A stretch of DNA of 64,000 nt from Chlamydiales bacterium (GTDB lineage: Bacteria > Chlamydiota > Chlamydiia > Chlamydiales > CALTSX01), in contig JBOFEG010000021.1 of NCBI GenBank assembly GCA_051647685.1, forward strand, positions 1,949-65,948, given 5' to 3'. This document shows, piece by piece, positions 19,293-28,456 of this stretch. Each line of letters opens with the position of its first letter. Position 1 is the first letter of the stretch. Position numbers and translations under genes: made by a program. The notes under the pieces were generated by a model. It worked only from the letters and a program-made list of their open reading frames with translations. It made no database searches and was not told where the DNA came from.

Positions 19293-19853
19293 ATGATACA
19301 ATTCAATGGAAAAAAAGTATTTTTACGAAAAGCAGAGGAGGCAGATATAGGATCTATTCTTCCTTGGATTAAGACAAACGGATCTAGTTTAGATATATTT
19401 CCTGGTCTCAGCAATGATGTAATCCAAATGATACAAAGAAGCGATGAAAACAACGGCCATGCTTTTCTGATAGAAAATACTTCCAGTGTAGTTATAGGGT
19501 ATATATTCACTTATTTCTGTGATCGAAAAAACGGTACTTTCTCTTATTATGTCTTTATTAATTCTTCACATCGATGCCAAGGTGCAGCAAAAGAGAGCAT
19601 TATGATACTCCTGCGATTTTATTTCCAAGAACTTCGTTTCCAAAAAGTTACGATCCCAATTTCTGTGTTTAATAAATCTGCATCTACTCTCCACGATATA
19701 CTTGGATTCAAGTTAGAGGGCCGTTTACGACGCATGATATACAGTCATGGACAATTTTTTGATCTTCTAACTTATGGGATTACGGGGGAAGAATTTGAGA
19801 ATATGTCAATCAATATAGAGGAAGCTTGCGAAAAAGCCATTTTTGATAATTAA
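19293..19853 (+). CDS. GNAT-family N-acetyltransferase (RimJ/RimL-like)
   Basis: The KVFLRKAEEADIGSI N-terminus is typical of RimJ/L-like GNATs. The acetyl-CoA loop is HRCQGAAKES. The track ORF starts at 19230, but the internal ATG at 19293 (MIQFNGKK) is more plausible. Confidence 0.7.
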   Translation: MIQFNGKKVFLRKAEEADIGSILPWIKTNGSSLDIFPGLSNDVIQMIQRSDENNGHAFLIENTSSVVIGYIFTYFCDRKNGTFSYYVFINSSHRCQGAAKESIMILLRFYFQELRFQKVTIPISVFNKSASTLHDILGFKLEGRLRRMIYSHGQFFDLLTYGITGEEFENMSINIEEACEKAIFDN

Positions 19854-21280
19854 TTATTATCTTTAGAAATGTCTTGGATAGAGATAGGATCCCTGAATTT
19901 CTGCATAAATATACTCTTTTTCTTCCACTTTCCAAATGCAAATCTCATGAATGACAACGATGCTGCCACTAAGCTAAAAAAGATCCAAATCCATATAGTG
20001 CACATGATGGAACAGTTATTTTTCATGAATAATAAATAGCTTGGCAAAATCATGCATACCCATACAGATAGAGCCCCAGATATCATCAGAAAAAAAGTAT
20101 CTCCAGCAGAAGTTAAAATCCCGCTCAGCAACCAACGAATATTCTCAAAAAAAATAAAAACACCAATTAGTAAAAGGCTATTCTTTATAGTTGTTTTTAA
20201 CTCTAGTATATTAAGATCTAGACTCGCATGTGTGTTGTGATTGAGAAAAGAGGGATACTGTAAAAAGCATGAAATGATTTGGTCTGGACAGCACAACAAA
20301 GGAAGTAAGCTAATGCATGAGAAAATTATACACAAAAATATTCCTGAATATAGGAGTTTTTTTACTTTATCTAACTGACCGGATCCAATTAAATTTCCAG
20401 CTATTGCAGCAGCGCCCTTTTCAATACCGAATCCGAAAAAAAGAAATAGCATAAATATGCTTTGGCAAATGCTGACTACTAGTAAATGGTTTTCACTCGT
20501 CCTCCCCATAATCCAATAAAAACAAGCCCAAGCAAATAATTCTAATGCAACGAAAACCGCAGGGGGTAGTCCTACTTTTATACAATTCCAAAATAGTTTT
20601 GAATGGTATTTCCAATTTGCAGTTTGAAAACGCGCTTTATATTGCTTTTGCAAGAATAGAATCATTAGTATAGCTACCTCAATACCTACACCAATATCAG
20701 TTGCAATGGCTGCCCCTTTGACTCCTAAAGAAGGAATAGGCCCAAATCCAAAAATCAAAACAAGATCTAAGGCTATATTGACTATGTTTCCCAATACGCC
20801 AAGCCATTGAATAATTTTTGTTTTTCCCTGTCCAATAAAAAATCCACCAACTGCTGCTTGTAGCGAAAAAATAGGTCCTCCCAGAATTAACCATTTGAAA
20901 TATTCATGTTGATAAGAGACTGCATTTGGATAAATGATGTGACTGCCCAATATCGCTAAGGGCAAGAATAAACAGATAGAAAAACACGATAACCAGATTA
21001 ATTGCCAAACAGCAGTACCTACTTTCCCAAACTGGCTATTGCCATTATACTGTGATACGAACACTTCTGAAATATTGGCAAGTGTTGTAATACCCATAAT
21101 GAATCCCCAAGCAAGGACTCCAGAGCTGGTAGTTGCACTGAGTGTACTCGTTGAATATTGCGCGAGAAAAATCCTATCCACAAATAACATCAAAGTCATG
21201 GAAAAATAGGAAATCATTAATGGGAAGGATACCTTCCACAGATCTCGCAAAGATCCTTCAAAAGCAGCTTGTGATGGCAT
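19850..21280 (-). CDS. MATE-family efflux transporter
   Basis: 476 aa with about 12 hydrophobic segments. The N-terminus LRDLWKVSFPLMISYFSMTLMLFVDRIFLAQYS is typical of the NorM/DinF family. Confidence 0.85.
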   Translation of the reverse strand: MPSQAAFEGSLRDLWKVSFPLMISYFSMTLMLFVDRIFLAQYSTSTLSATTSSGVLAWGFIMGITTLANISEVFVSQYNGNSQFGKVGTAVWQLIWLSCFSICLFLPLAILGSHIIYPNAVSYQHEYFKWLILGGPIFSLQAAVGGFFIGQGKTKIIQWLGVLGNIVNIALDLVLIFGFGPIPSLGVKGAAIATDIGVGIEVAILMILFLQKQYKARFQTANWKYHSKLFWNCIKVGLPPAVFVALELFAWACFYWIMGRTSENHLLVVSICQSIFMLFLFFGFGIEKGAAAIAGNLIGSGQLDKVKKLLYSGIFLCIIFSCISLLPLLCCPDQIISCFLQYPSFLNHNTHASLDLNILELKTTIKNSLLLIGVFIFFENIRWLLSGILTSAGDTFFLMISGALSVWVCMILPSYLLFMKNNCSIMCTIWIWIFFSLVAASLSFMRFAFGKWKKKSIFMQKFRDPISIQDISKDNN

Positions 21281-21385
21281 AAATTTAAATATATAAATTA
21301 CGAGTTTTGTAATTAAGAAATATTTTCTGTTCGATATACAGTAGAATTATTTTTTCTAAATTAAATTGTATCAATACGCTCTCTT

Positions 21386-21414
21386 TTTGTTCCAAGTAAA
21401 ATCTGGCGCTATAA
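21386..21414 (+). promoter_or_regulatory. candidate sigma-70-type promoter for the tRNA-Ala/tRNA-Ile pair
   Basis: TTGTTC (21386-21391), a 17-nt spacer, then TATAAT (21409-21414), about 50 nt upstream of tRNA-Ala. Confidence 0.4.
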
Positions 21415-21467
21415 TGAAAAGATTTGCTCGAAAAGCTATTTTTATATATCTTGTTGGGATTATTTTT

Positions 21468-21540
21468 GGGGGTTTAGCTTAGTTGGTAGAGCATCTGGTT
21501 TGCAACCAGAGGGTCAGGAGTTCGAATCTCCTAGCCTCCA
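21468..21540 (+). tRNA. tRNA-Ala (anticodon UGC)
   Basis: Cloverleaf folded by hand. The acceptor GGGGGTT pairs with AGCCTCC, including the G3:U70 Ala identity pair. The D arm is GCTT/GAGC and the anticodon stem TCTGG/CCAGA has loop TTTGCAA. The T arm is AGGAG-TTCGAAT-CTCCT and the discriminator is A. No CCA is encoded. Confidence 0.95.
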
Positions 21541-21552
21541 TATAATTCGTCT

Positions 21553-21627
21553 GCGGTTATAGCTCAGTTGGTTTAGAGCGCGACACTGATAATGTCGAGG
21601 TCCCAAGTTCAAGTCTTGGTAACCGCA
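21553..21627 (+). tRNA. tRNA-Ile (anticodon GAU)
   Basis: Acceptor GCGGTTA/TAACCGC and D arm GCTC/GAGC. The anticodon stem CGACA/TGTCG has loop CTGATAA. The T arm is CCAAG-TTCAAGT-CTTGG and the discriminator is A. No CCA is encoded. Confidence 0.95.
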
Positions 21628-21631
21628 AATG

Positions 21632-22579
21632 TTATGCAATATTTTTTTCTCCCATAGGCTTTTCCCTCATAATATATCCCAACCGAAGCTCCTCTCTATA
21701 AATAATCCATAAACCGAATGCTATCACAAAAGTCGATATGAATAATATTGGATTTAAAGCTTCACCGAGGACAATCCAACTAATAATCGATGAGAATATA
21801 GGACTAAGTAATCCAGCAAAGGAAATAAAAGTTGCGGTGAAACGTTTCAGCATGTATCCATATAAATTGTAACATATAATATTAGAAACAATTATTACTC
21901 CAAATATTCCTGGTATAAAAGCACTGAGTTTTCCTGTAGCTACAGGGATGGGATCCCAACTTTCAAAAATTCTAGAATGAGCTAATGAAAGAATTCCTCC
22001 CATTAACATGCTCATACCATTTGCAAATAACGGCGAAATAGATCCATCTTTAACAATTCTTCTGAGAAAAATCCAGCCGTATACAGAACAAAGAGTAGCC
22101 CCAACAATAGATAATTCTGGAATTGCGAATACCTTAAATGGACTATGGGCAATTGCCCCGTTTGATTGCAAAAATAAAACGGGAAAAAATCCTATAAATC
22201 CAATCAAAAGACCTAAACATTTTTTTATGGTTATTTTTTCTTTGTCGTGAGTATAGGACAAAATAGCTGTAAAAAAAGGAGATAAACTATAGATAAAACA
22301 AGTTTTTGCTGCCGGAAGATGTTGCAATCCCCAGGCTTCTAAAGCATTGGTAGCATAAATCCCTATAACGGCAAGTAGACAAATACCAATAAATTTTTTT
22401 CTATTAATGATAAAAGAGCTTTGTTTCCAAAAAAACAAATACAGTAGCAAGAGAATAGCAGCAATGGTCATCCGGCTACCTGTTAGAAATAAAGGAGAAC
22501 TCAAGGTCAGTAATAGTTTATTATAGGGGAAAACGCTAGCCCACAGCCCATATAATAGAATTAATGCAAAGACTACCAT
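21632..22579 (-). CDS. EamA/DMT-family transporter
   Basis: 315 aa with about 10 hydrophobic segments in a two-EamA-repeat layout. Confidence 0.8.
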   Translation of the reverse strand: MVVFALILLYGLWASVFPYNKLLLTLSSPLFLTGSRMTIAAILLLLYLFFWKQSSFIINRKKFIGICLLAVIGIYATNALEAWGLQHLPAAKTCFIYSLSPFFTAILSYTHDKEKITIKKCLGLLIGFIGFFPVLFLQSNGAIAHSPFKVFAIPELSIVGATLCSVYGWIFLRRIVKDGSISPLFANGMSMLMGGILSLAHSRIFESWDPIPVATGKLSAFIPGIFGVIIVSNIICYNLYGYMLKRFTATFISFAGLLSPIFSSIISWIVLGEALNPILFISTFVIAFGLWIIYREELRLGYIMREKPMGEKNIA

Positions 22580-22783
22580 AAATAAATCAACTGATTAAGA
22601 AATAATGAATGGATTCTAACGTGTCGGAATGATAATTAGCAAATTGACTTTATATAAAATTTTTAAGAGTAATTATATCTGAATAGCACTTTTTTCGCCT
22701 AAATAGGAGGTAAAGAGGCTTTGTAATTTTTAATAAATCCATAAATATTAAAAATGTCGTAACTATTTATAAAAATTTTATTT

Positions 22784-23929
22784 TTAAATCTCACCCGACA
22801 AGATTTTATTTCGATATGTATGCATGTATTCCATCATAAAAAAAAGATTATGAATTGAGGTTAATTGGAGCGCTGTGAGCTCCTTGGCTTTGAATAGATG
22901 ATGTATATAGGCTACAGAGTAATGTGTACAAGTATGGCACTGGCATCCGAGCTCTATCGGAATGAAAGATTGAGAATAGTTTGATTTAGTTATATTGAGT
23001 TGGCCCTCTTTTGTTAAAGCAATACCGTGGCGAGCAAGTTTTGTCGGATAAGAACTATCAAAAGTATCAATGCCGAGAGGTATAGCTCCACGTAGAGAGG
23101 CTAAGTCACCTATGCCTAGCAAGTGATTGGGTTTATCTTTAGGTAACCGAGGCATAGTATATTCCAAAAGATTCATCATTTCTAGTTTAGATTTTCCGAG
23201 GCTACCGCCAATAGCAAAGCCGTCAAAAGGCAGAGAAGTTAAGAATTCACAACTCCGAGCTCGTAAATTCGAATCTATACCACCATGAATGACTGCATAC
23301 ATAAACTGATTGTTTCGATTTTGTAAGTGAATATCTAAAGATCTCTTTTCCCATCGGTGGGTCCTCTCTAAAGAATCTTCCAGTTTCGCTTTTTGAATGT
23401 GATAAGGGGGTAACTCATCCAAAGGAATGATGATATCAGATCCAAAATCCTTTTGAGCTAATACAGAACTTTCGGGAGTGAGCAATACTTTCTCACCATC
23501 TCGGTACGATCGAAATAGGACACCATCTTCTGACACCTTAATTACGTGCCCGGTATTCCATTTGCTTTTTATACACTTCAATTCACCTGCAATAGATCCG
23601 TAATTTAAACTAAAGACCTGGAATCCACCGGAATCCGTAATAATTGGAAGAGACCTATTTATAAATTTATGAATGCCACCGGCTTCTCGAATAGTTTGTG
23701 CGCCCGGTTGTAATAATAAATGGTAGGTATTACAGAACATCAACTGCAGACCGATACCTGAGACCAAATGGTTATCTAAAGATTTGATAGTACCATTCGT
23801 ACCTACTGCTACAAACCCTGGCGTATCGATTATTCCATGAGACGTGTGAATTTTCCCGACTCTCGCTTGAGATCGAGTGGATTCATAGATACATTCAAAA
23901 AATGGAGGTTTCAAGTTCTTTGTGTGCAA
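22784..23929 (-). CDS. tgt: tRNA-guanine transglycosylase (queuine tRNA-ribosyltransferase)
   Basis: ARVGKIHTSHGIIDTPGFVAVGT, the catalytic region TDSGGFQVFSL and the zinc site CQCHTCTHYSVAYIHHL. Confidence 0.95.
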   Translation of the reverse strand: MHTKNLKPPFFECIYESTRSQARVGKIHTSHGIIDTPGFVAVGTNGTIKSLDNHLVSGIGLQLMFCNTYHLLLQPGAQTIREAGGIHKFINRSLPIITDSGGFQVFSLNYGSIAGELKCIKSKWNTGHVIKVSEDGVLFRSYRDGEKVLLTPESSVLAQKDFGSDIIIPLDELPPYHIQKAKLEDSLERTHRWEKRSLDIHLQNRNNQFMYAVIHGGIDSNLRARSCEFLTSLPFDGFAIGGSLGKSKLEMMNLLEYTMPRLPKDKPNHLLGIGDLASLRGAIPLGIDTFDSSYPTKLARHGIALTKEGQLNITKSNYSQSFIPIELGCQCHTCTHYSVAYIHHLFKAKELTALQLTSIHNLFFMMEYMHTYRNKILSGEI

Positions 23930-24584
23930 TGGATAACTTTTTTTTACATAGAGAAATCATCAAAATACCTACTCCAAAGGAAAGTACCTTAATAATCATG
24001 CTAAAGAGTATAACATCTCCTCTATTTTTAATCAGGTGGCCAATGGCTAAATAGGTAAATAATATGGTATCGATACTTTGTGAGATGATGAAAGAGATGG
24101 AAGATCTCTGTAGAAAAGATAATGTGGTAAATTTTCTCTTTAATAAACTAAAGAAAATAAGATCAATCCTTTGGGATAGAAAGGCAATGCCGATAGAACT
24201 GAGCACTATTCTTGGAGTAGAACTAAGAATCTCTTTGAAAGCATGCTGCGTTTGGTCAAACGCATTTGGTATATACGCCAAATGTATTTGTCCAGCTATG
24301 AAAAAATAAAGTAACATTACAGTGCTAGCATAAATGATATTACTCGCTGTTTTCTTACCAAAATATTCCTGGATGATATTTAAAGAAAGAATTCCACAAA
24401 CTGTATAAGCATCTGTTGCTGTAATATCCATATGGAATAGAGAAATTTGTTTTGTAACAAAGAAGTTTGCAAACACATTAGAAATAGCAAAAAAACAGGC
24501 GAGAGCTCCTTTACCTATTTTATAGGAAAGAAGAAGAAAAAATATAAGTACAATGATATGGAGTAAAAAAAATATTTCATTCAT
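23895..24584 (-). CDS. yhhQ: queuosine-precursor/queuine transporter, YhhQ (DUF165/VUT) family
   Basis: 229-aa membrane protein. SNVFANFFVTKQI...ATDAYTVCGILSLNIIQEYFGKKTA and QRIDLIFFSLLKRKF...SQSIDTILFTYLAIG parallel E. coli YhhQ segments (TDLTVRIFG; GQILDVHVFNRLRQ...NVSDTLAFFFIAF). It overlaps the tgt start by 35 nt. Confidence 0.75.
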   Translation of the reverse strand: MNEIFFLLHIIVLIFFLLLSYKIGKGALACFFAISNVFANFFVTKQISLFHMDITATDAYTVCGILSLNIIQEYFGKKTASNIIYASTVMLLYFFIAGQIHLAYIPNAFDQTQHAFKEILSSTPRIVLSSIGIAFLSQRIDLIFFSLLKRKFTTLSFLQRSSISFIISQSIDTILFTYLAIGHLIKNRGDVILFSMIIKVLSFGVGILMISLCKKKLSIAHKELETSIF

Positions 24585-24595
24585 AAAAAGAAGAT

Positions 24596-25078
24596 TTAAG
24601 ATGACTGTATCTTGCGTTTCACGTGAATACGCGAGGTTCTGCGCACTTCTGCATTCTCGTAACGTCGCTTTTCATCGCTTGTTTCCGGAAGTACCGCTGG
24701 AACTTTAGTTGGTTTTCCCTTGCTATCTAAAGCAACAAATACAAAATGGGCAGAGACAATATGTGTCTTGTTTGGTCTATTAATAGATTCTGCAAGAACT
24801 TTAACTCCAATTTCCATAGAACTATTCCAACTTCGAGTAACGGATGCTTTGAAAATTAGAATTTCCCCATGCTTTGCAGGAGCTAAAAAAGTAAAACTAT
24901 CCACACAAACTGTAACGCAATCTTTCCCACTATGGCGCTCTGCTACTATACTGGCAATCCGATCAAGGATAGCCATAATCATACCGCCAAAGGCTGTTCC
25001 ATGCGAATTAAGATCATTTGGAAATATGCGATAGGCATAATCATTAATCGAGCTTTTAGAAGGAGTTTTTGCTTTCAT
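24596..25078 (-). CDS. acyl-CoA thioesterase (hotdog fold, YciA/BFIT-like)
   Basis: 160 aa. FPNDLNSHGTAFGGMIMAILDRIASIVA is typical of this thioesterase family. Confidence 0.85.
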   Translation of the reverse strand: MKAKTPSKSSINDYAYRIFPNDLNSHGTAFGGMIMAILDRIASIVAERHSGKDCVTVCVDSFTFLAPAKHGEILIFKASVTRSWNSSMEIGVKVLAESINRPNKTHIVSAHFVFVALDSKGKPTKVPAVLPETSDEKRRYENAEVRRTSRIHVKRKIQSS

Positions 25079-25213
25079 ATAATAAAATTATCTCTTTTTT
25101 CTATTTAAACTGCAATGAAGCTATTTTACAATAGATAGATGCAAATTTTTATAGTATTAAAGATATAAATGGCTAAACTATTTAACTATAATAATTTCTT
25201 TGGGGATGATCAA

Positions 25214-26212
25214 ATGAATACAGTAAAACGTATTGCAGTTACTGGTGCAGCAGGCCAGATCGCATATCAACTACTATTTCGAATTGCATCTGGTGAATTA
25301 TTCGGTCCGAATCAACCTATTTCGTTACATTTGCTAGAAGTAGAAGCATGTCTAGAAAATGTGCGTGGTGTCGTTATGGAACTCGAAGATTGCAGTTATC
25401 CCTTACTAAAAAATATACAGATCGGATCTAATCCATCTACTATATTTTCTGACATAGACATAGCTATTTTAATAGGCTCTGCACCGCGAATGGCTGGAAT
25501 GGAGAGAAGAGATTTAATTCATAAAAATGCAAAAATTTTTGTTGAACAAGGGACTGCTTTGAATGCAGTAGCAAAACGAGAGGTAAAAGTCTTTGTTATA
25601 GGGAATCCTTGTAACACAAATTGTCTTGTAACCATGAGCCATGCCCCCAATCTTCCTCGGACACAATTTTATGCGATGACTCGTCTCGATTTGAATCGCG
25701 CAAAGTATTTGCTCGCAAAGAAAGCACAAGTAAATGTAAGTCAAATAAATCAAATGATCATTTGGGGAAATCATTCGAGTACGCAAGTTCCCGATTTTGA
25801 ACATGTAAAAATTTCAGGGGAGCCCATATTGGATAGGATCAAAGAGATTACTTGGCTGCAAAAGGACTTTATAACAGATATACAACAAAGAGGGGCTGCA
25901 GTTTTACGAGCTCGAGGTAAGTCATCTGCCGCTTCTGCTGCTAAAGCTATTTTGGATTTTGTCCAAGACTTGTGTCTAAAATCTAACGATATGGATTGGT
26001 TTTCAGCAGGAGTTTGTTCCGATAATAATGCCTATGGTATTGAGGAAGATATAATTTTCTCTTTTCCTTGTACTGTAAATAAATCGGGAGATTGGAAAGT
26101 AGTCAATAATCTTTCATGGAGCCCTTTTATAGAAAAAAAGATTGCAATTACTCGTAAAGAACTACTTGAAGAACGAGATTTGATTAGAAATTTACTAAAA
26201 GTAACCTATTGA
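25214..26212 (+). CDS. mdh: malate dehydrogenase (NAD-dependent, LDH-like MDH type 2)
   Basis: RIAVTGAAGQIAYQLLFRIASGELFG Rossmann N-terminus, VIGNPCNTN and WGNHSSTQ. The track ORF begins at 25169, but the ATG at 25214 (MNTVKRIAVTG) fits the family. Confidence 0.9.
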   Translation: MNTVKRIAVTGAAGQIAYQLLFRIASGELFGPNQPISLHLLEVEACLENVRGVVMELEDCSYPLLKNIQIGSNPSTIFSDIDIAILIGSAPRMAGMERRDLIHKNAKIFVEQGTALNAVAKREVKVFVIGNPCNTNCLVTMSHAPNLPRTQFYAMTRLDLNRAKYLLAKKAQVNVSQINQMIIWGNHSSTQVPDFEHVKISGEPILDRIKEITWLQKDFITDIQQRGAAVLRARGKSSAASAAKAILDFVQDLCLKSNDMDWFSAGVCSDNNAYGIEEDIIFSFPCTVNKSGDWKVVNNLSWSPFIEKKIAITRKELLEERDLIRNLLKVTY

Positions 26213-26365
26213 TAAGAATTAATTGAACAATAGAGAGATATAACTTAAGTTCACCAAACCTATATACAAAAATAATAAATATTTTTTTAATGAATGCGTA
26301 GACAATAGCTTAAGCCTTGCTATATCCTATGAATCATATATTAAATATTTTATTTTAGAGGTGGT

Positions 26366-27508
26366 ATGGATGAAATTCTTTTTCAAATTACAACCAAACA
26401 TTTAGAAAATGGTTTGCTAGGAATTCCTATTGGGTATTGTACTGTCTCACATCTTCATCCAAAAAATGGTCTTATATATCGCGAAAAACCCATAGAGTCT
26501 TTGATAGATTTGTCAATAGAAGAAGTAATTTATTTATTATATTTTGGCAGACTTCCACAACAGGAGGAAAAAAGCGGTTTCATCCGACAAATGACAAATA
26601 GATATTTTGTATCCTCTGGAGTGATTCGATTAATTAGATCATTGCCTACCTCTACTTCTCCAATGAAGTTATTTGCGACCTCTATACTCCTTTTAGGAAT
26701 GCTAGAATCTACCGGTGATTATAAGAAAGATTGCCTGAATGTGATTGGAAAACTACCGGCAATAGTAGCAGAGGTTATCAACCACCATGCCGGATGGGGG
26801 GAGACCCCGCAGGTTTTAGAAGATTACGGATATATGGATAATCTTCTATCTAGATTGCAAATTCCAAGAGGCGATAGGAAGCTTCTTCACAAAATTTTTT
26901 CACTATATACTATATTGCATTGCGATATTGGGGGCGCCGATTTAGCAACATTTGTTGGTAAATCTGTAGCCTCTGGAGGCGCCGATATGTATGAGTCTTT
27001 AAGCTCTTGTATTTATGCGATAGGTGGTGGAAAAATCAACGAAACTGGACTTGCTAGTTTAGAACATGTTAGAAATTCTCTTCAATATTGCCGTGAAGAA
27101 ATTAAAAAAGAAAGCATTTCTGAATATATACAATTGAATCCAATCGTAAAAGAGCAAGTGCAATCGCTATATTCAATACAAGAAGATAAACGAGCTACTA
27201 TTCTGTATCGAATCGCAGAAGAGCAATTTTCTGCACATCCATTTATTAAGACAGCAAGTCTTTTACGCGAAGTTATGGTTGATATCTTATATAAAGAAAA
27301 AGGAAAACAATATTATCCTTCCTCTGCTGCTATTTCTAGCATAATTTTACAGGCGAGTGGATTTCCATATTCAGAATATTACCCTATATTATTTGGATTA
27401 TCCAGATGCATTGGAGCTGCTGTGCAAATTGTATACGAACGATGTGATGCTAGAGATGGAAGAGGAATGCCTACAATGTCTCCGTTGTATCTCTATAAAA
27501 CAACTTGA
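26366..27508 (+). CDS. citrate synthase-fold protein lacking the canonical catalytic residues
   Basis: 380 aa and collinear with type I citrate synthases (LENGLLGIPIG...NGLIYREKPIESL...EEVIYLLYFGRLP ... ILHCDIGGADLATF ... LFGLSRCIG). The conserved His and Asp positions are substituted (see findings). Confidence 0.8.
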   Translation: MDEILFQITTKHLENGLLGIPIGYCTVSHLHPKNGLIYREKPIESLIDLSIEEVIYLLYFGRLPQQEEKSGFIRQMTNRYFVSSGVIRLIRSLPTSTSPMKLFATSILLLGMLESTGDYKKDCLNVIGKLPAIVAEVINHHAGWGETPQVLEDYGYMDNLLSRLQIPRGDRKLLHKIFSLYTILHCDIGGADLATFVGKSVASGGADMYESLSSCIYAIGGGKINETGLASLEHVRNSLQYCREEIKKESISEYIQLNPIVKEQVQSLYSIQEDKRATILYRIAEEQFSAHPFIKTASLLREVMVDILYKEKGKQYYPSSAAISSIILQASGFPYSEYYPILFGLSRCIGAAVQIVYERCDARDGRGMPTMSPLYLYKTT

Positions 27509-28456
27509 TACTATCTAATTCTATTCTGAATAGAATGTTATAATTGTCGTGGCTGTTGAATCGTAATTTATTATTTGGTTATAAAGATTATGAGTCGGCT
27601 ATTACAAATCATTCCGAACTGGAAAGAATACATCAAAATATAGTTTTATAGGCAGAAAAATTTTGTAAATTTTCTATTTTATTCGTAAATATTCTTTAAA
27701 CTTCCAGTCAATTGCGGAAAAAATGGGTAAAATTAACTCATATTTAAGAGTTTTAAAATCAAAAAGATTAGAGCAAGGTATAGTTTATATCTTTAAGTAT
27801 CTTTCCATAAATTCAACAAAAATAGGAGCTGATTTATATATAAAAATAATAAGAAATATGCCTGCAGAAAATCCATTCATTCCCTTATTTTTATTTTCCT
27901 TATTTAAACGCCAGAGAAAGTAACAAGTTAATAGTAAATAACCTATTGTGTAAATTCGATCATTCATTATTCTTCAGCTCCCGTGCTGTTTTCTTATATT
28001 CATATGCTTTTTTAAAATCGTTAGCGCCGTTGTTGATATTTAGAAAAAGAACTTATAAGGATAGGTATGTCACAAGCAGACTATTTAAAAAAACGTATTT
28101 TTTCTTTATATGAAAAAAATGTAAAAGATAAATAGTTTAAAAAATGATTATATTTTTTAGAGCAAATTTATTAAAAATTTACAGTTCTGTATCGTTTCCT
28201 AAATTTTTTAGTTTTAGATTTTTTCAAGTTTCAATTCAATAAATAAATATGAAGAACGGCAAAGATTACTTAAGATAATATTTTCGTAGTGTCACTTCAT
28301 ACATACAAAATGAACTCTGAATCAATTGGAATAAAGGAGAACAGGATTATTAAGCGTTTGTGTTCTCATGTAAAGCTCCTAAAAAATTTATATAAAAATA
28401 TGTACTCAATCATTGATAATTAGTGAACTATAATACAGCATTAGAGATGATCCATA

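Noticed and set aside
21281-21640. Expectation of an rRNA operon around the tRNA-Ala/tRNA-Ile pair
   Set aside because: The flanking sequence is AT-rich, with no 16S 3' end or 23S 5' end-like conserved strings. Protein-coding genes abut both sides.
24720-25804. ORF 24720..25034 (+) opposite the thioesterase and ORF 25514..25804 (-) opposite mdh
   Set aside because: These are shadow ORFs within strongly supported genes.
27518-27536. Hairpin ATTCTATT-CTG-AATAGAAT just after the citrate-synthase-like gene
   Set aside because: The stem is only 8 bp and almost entirely A/T, with a 3-nt loop and no following T-tract. It is too weak to call a terminator.
27723-27967. Small overlapping ORFs 27723..27923 (+) and 27785..27967 (-) as real genes
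   Set aside because: They overlap each other, lie in extremely AT-rich DNA, and have no SD-like sequence or motif. I keep them only as a hint of a decayed gene (see findings).
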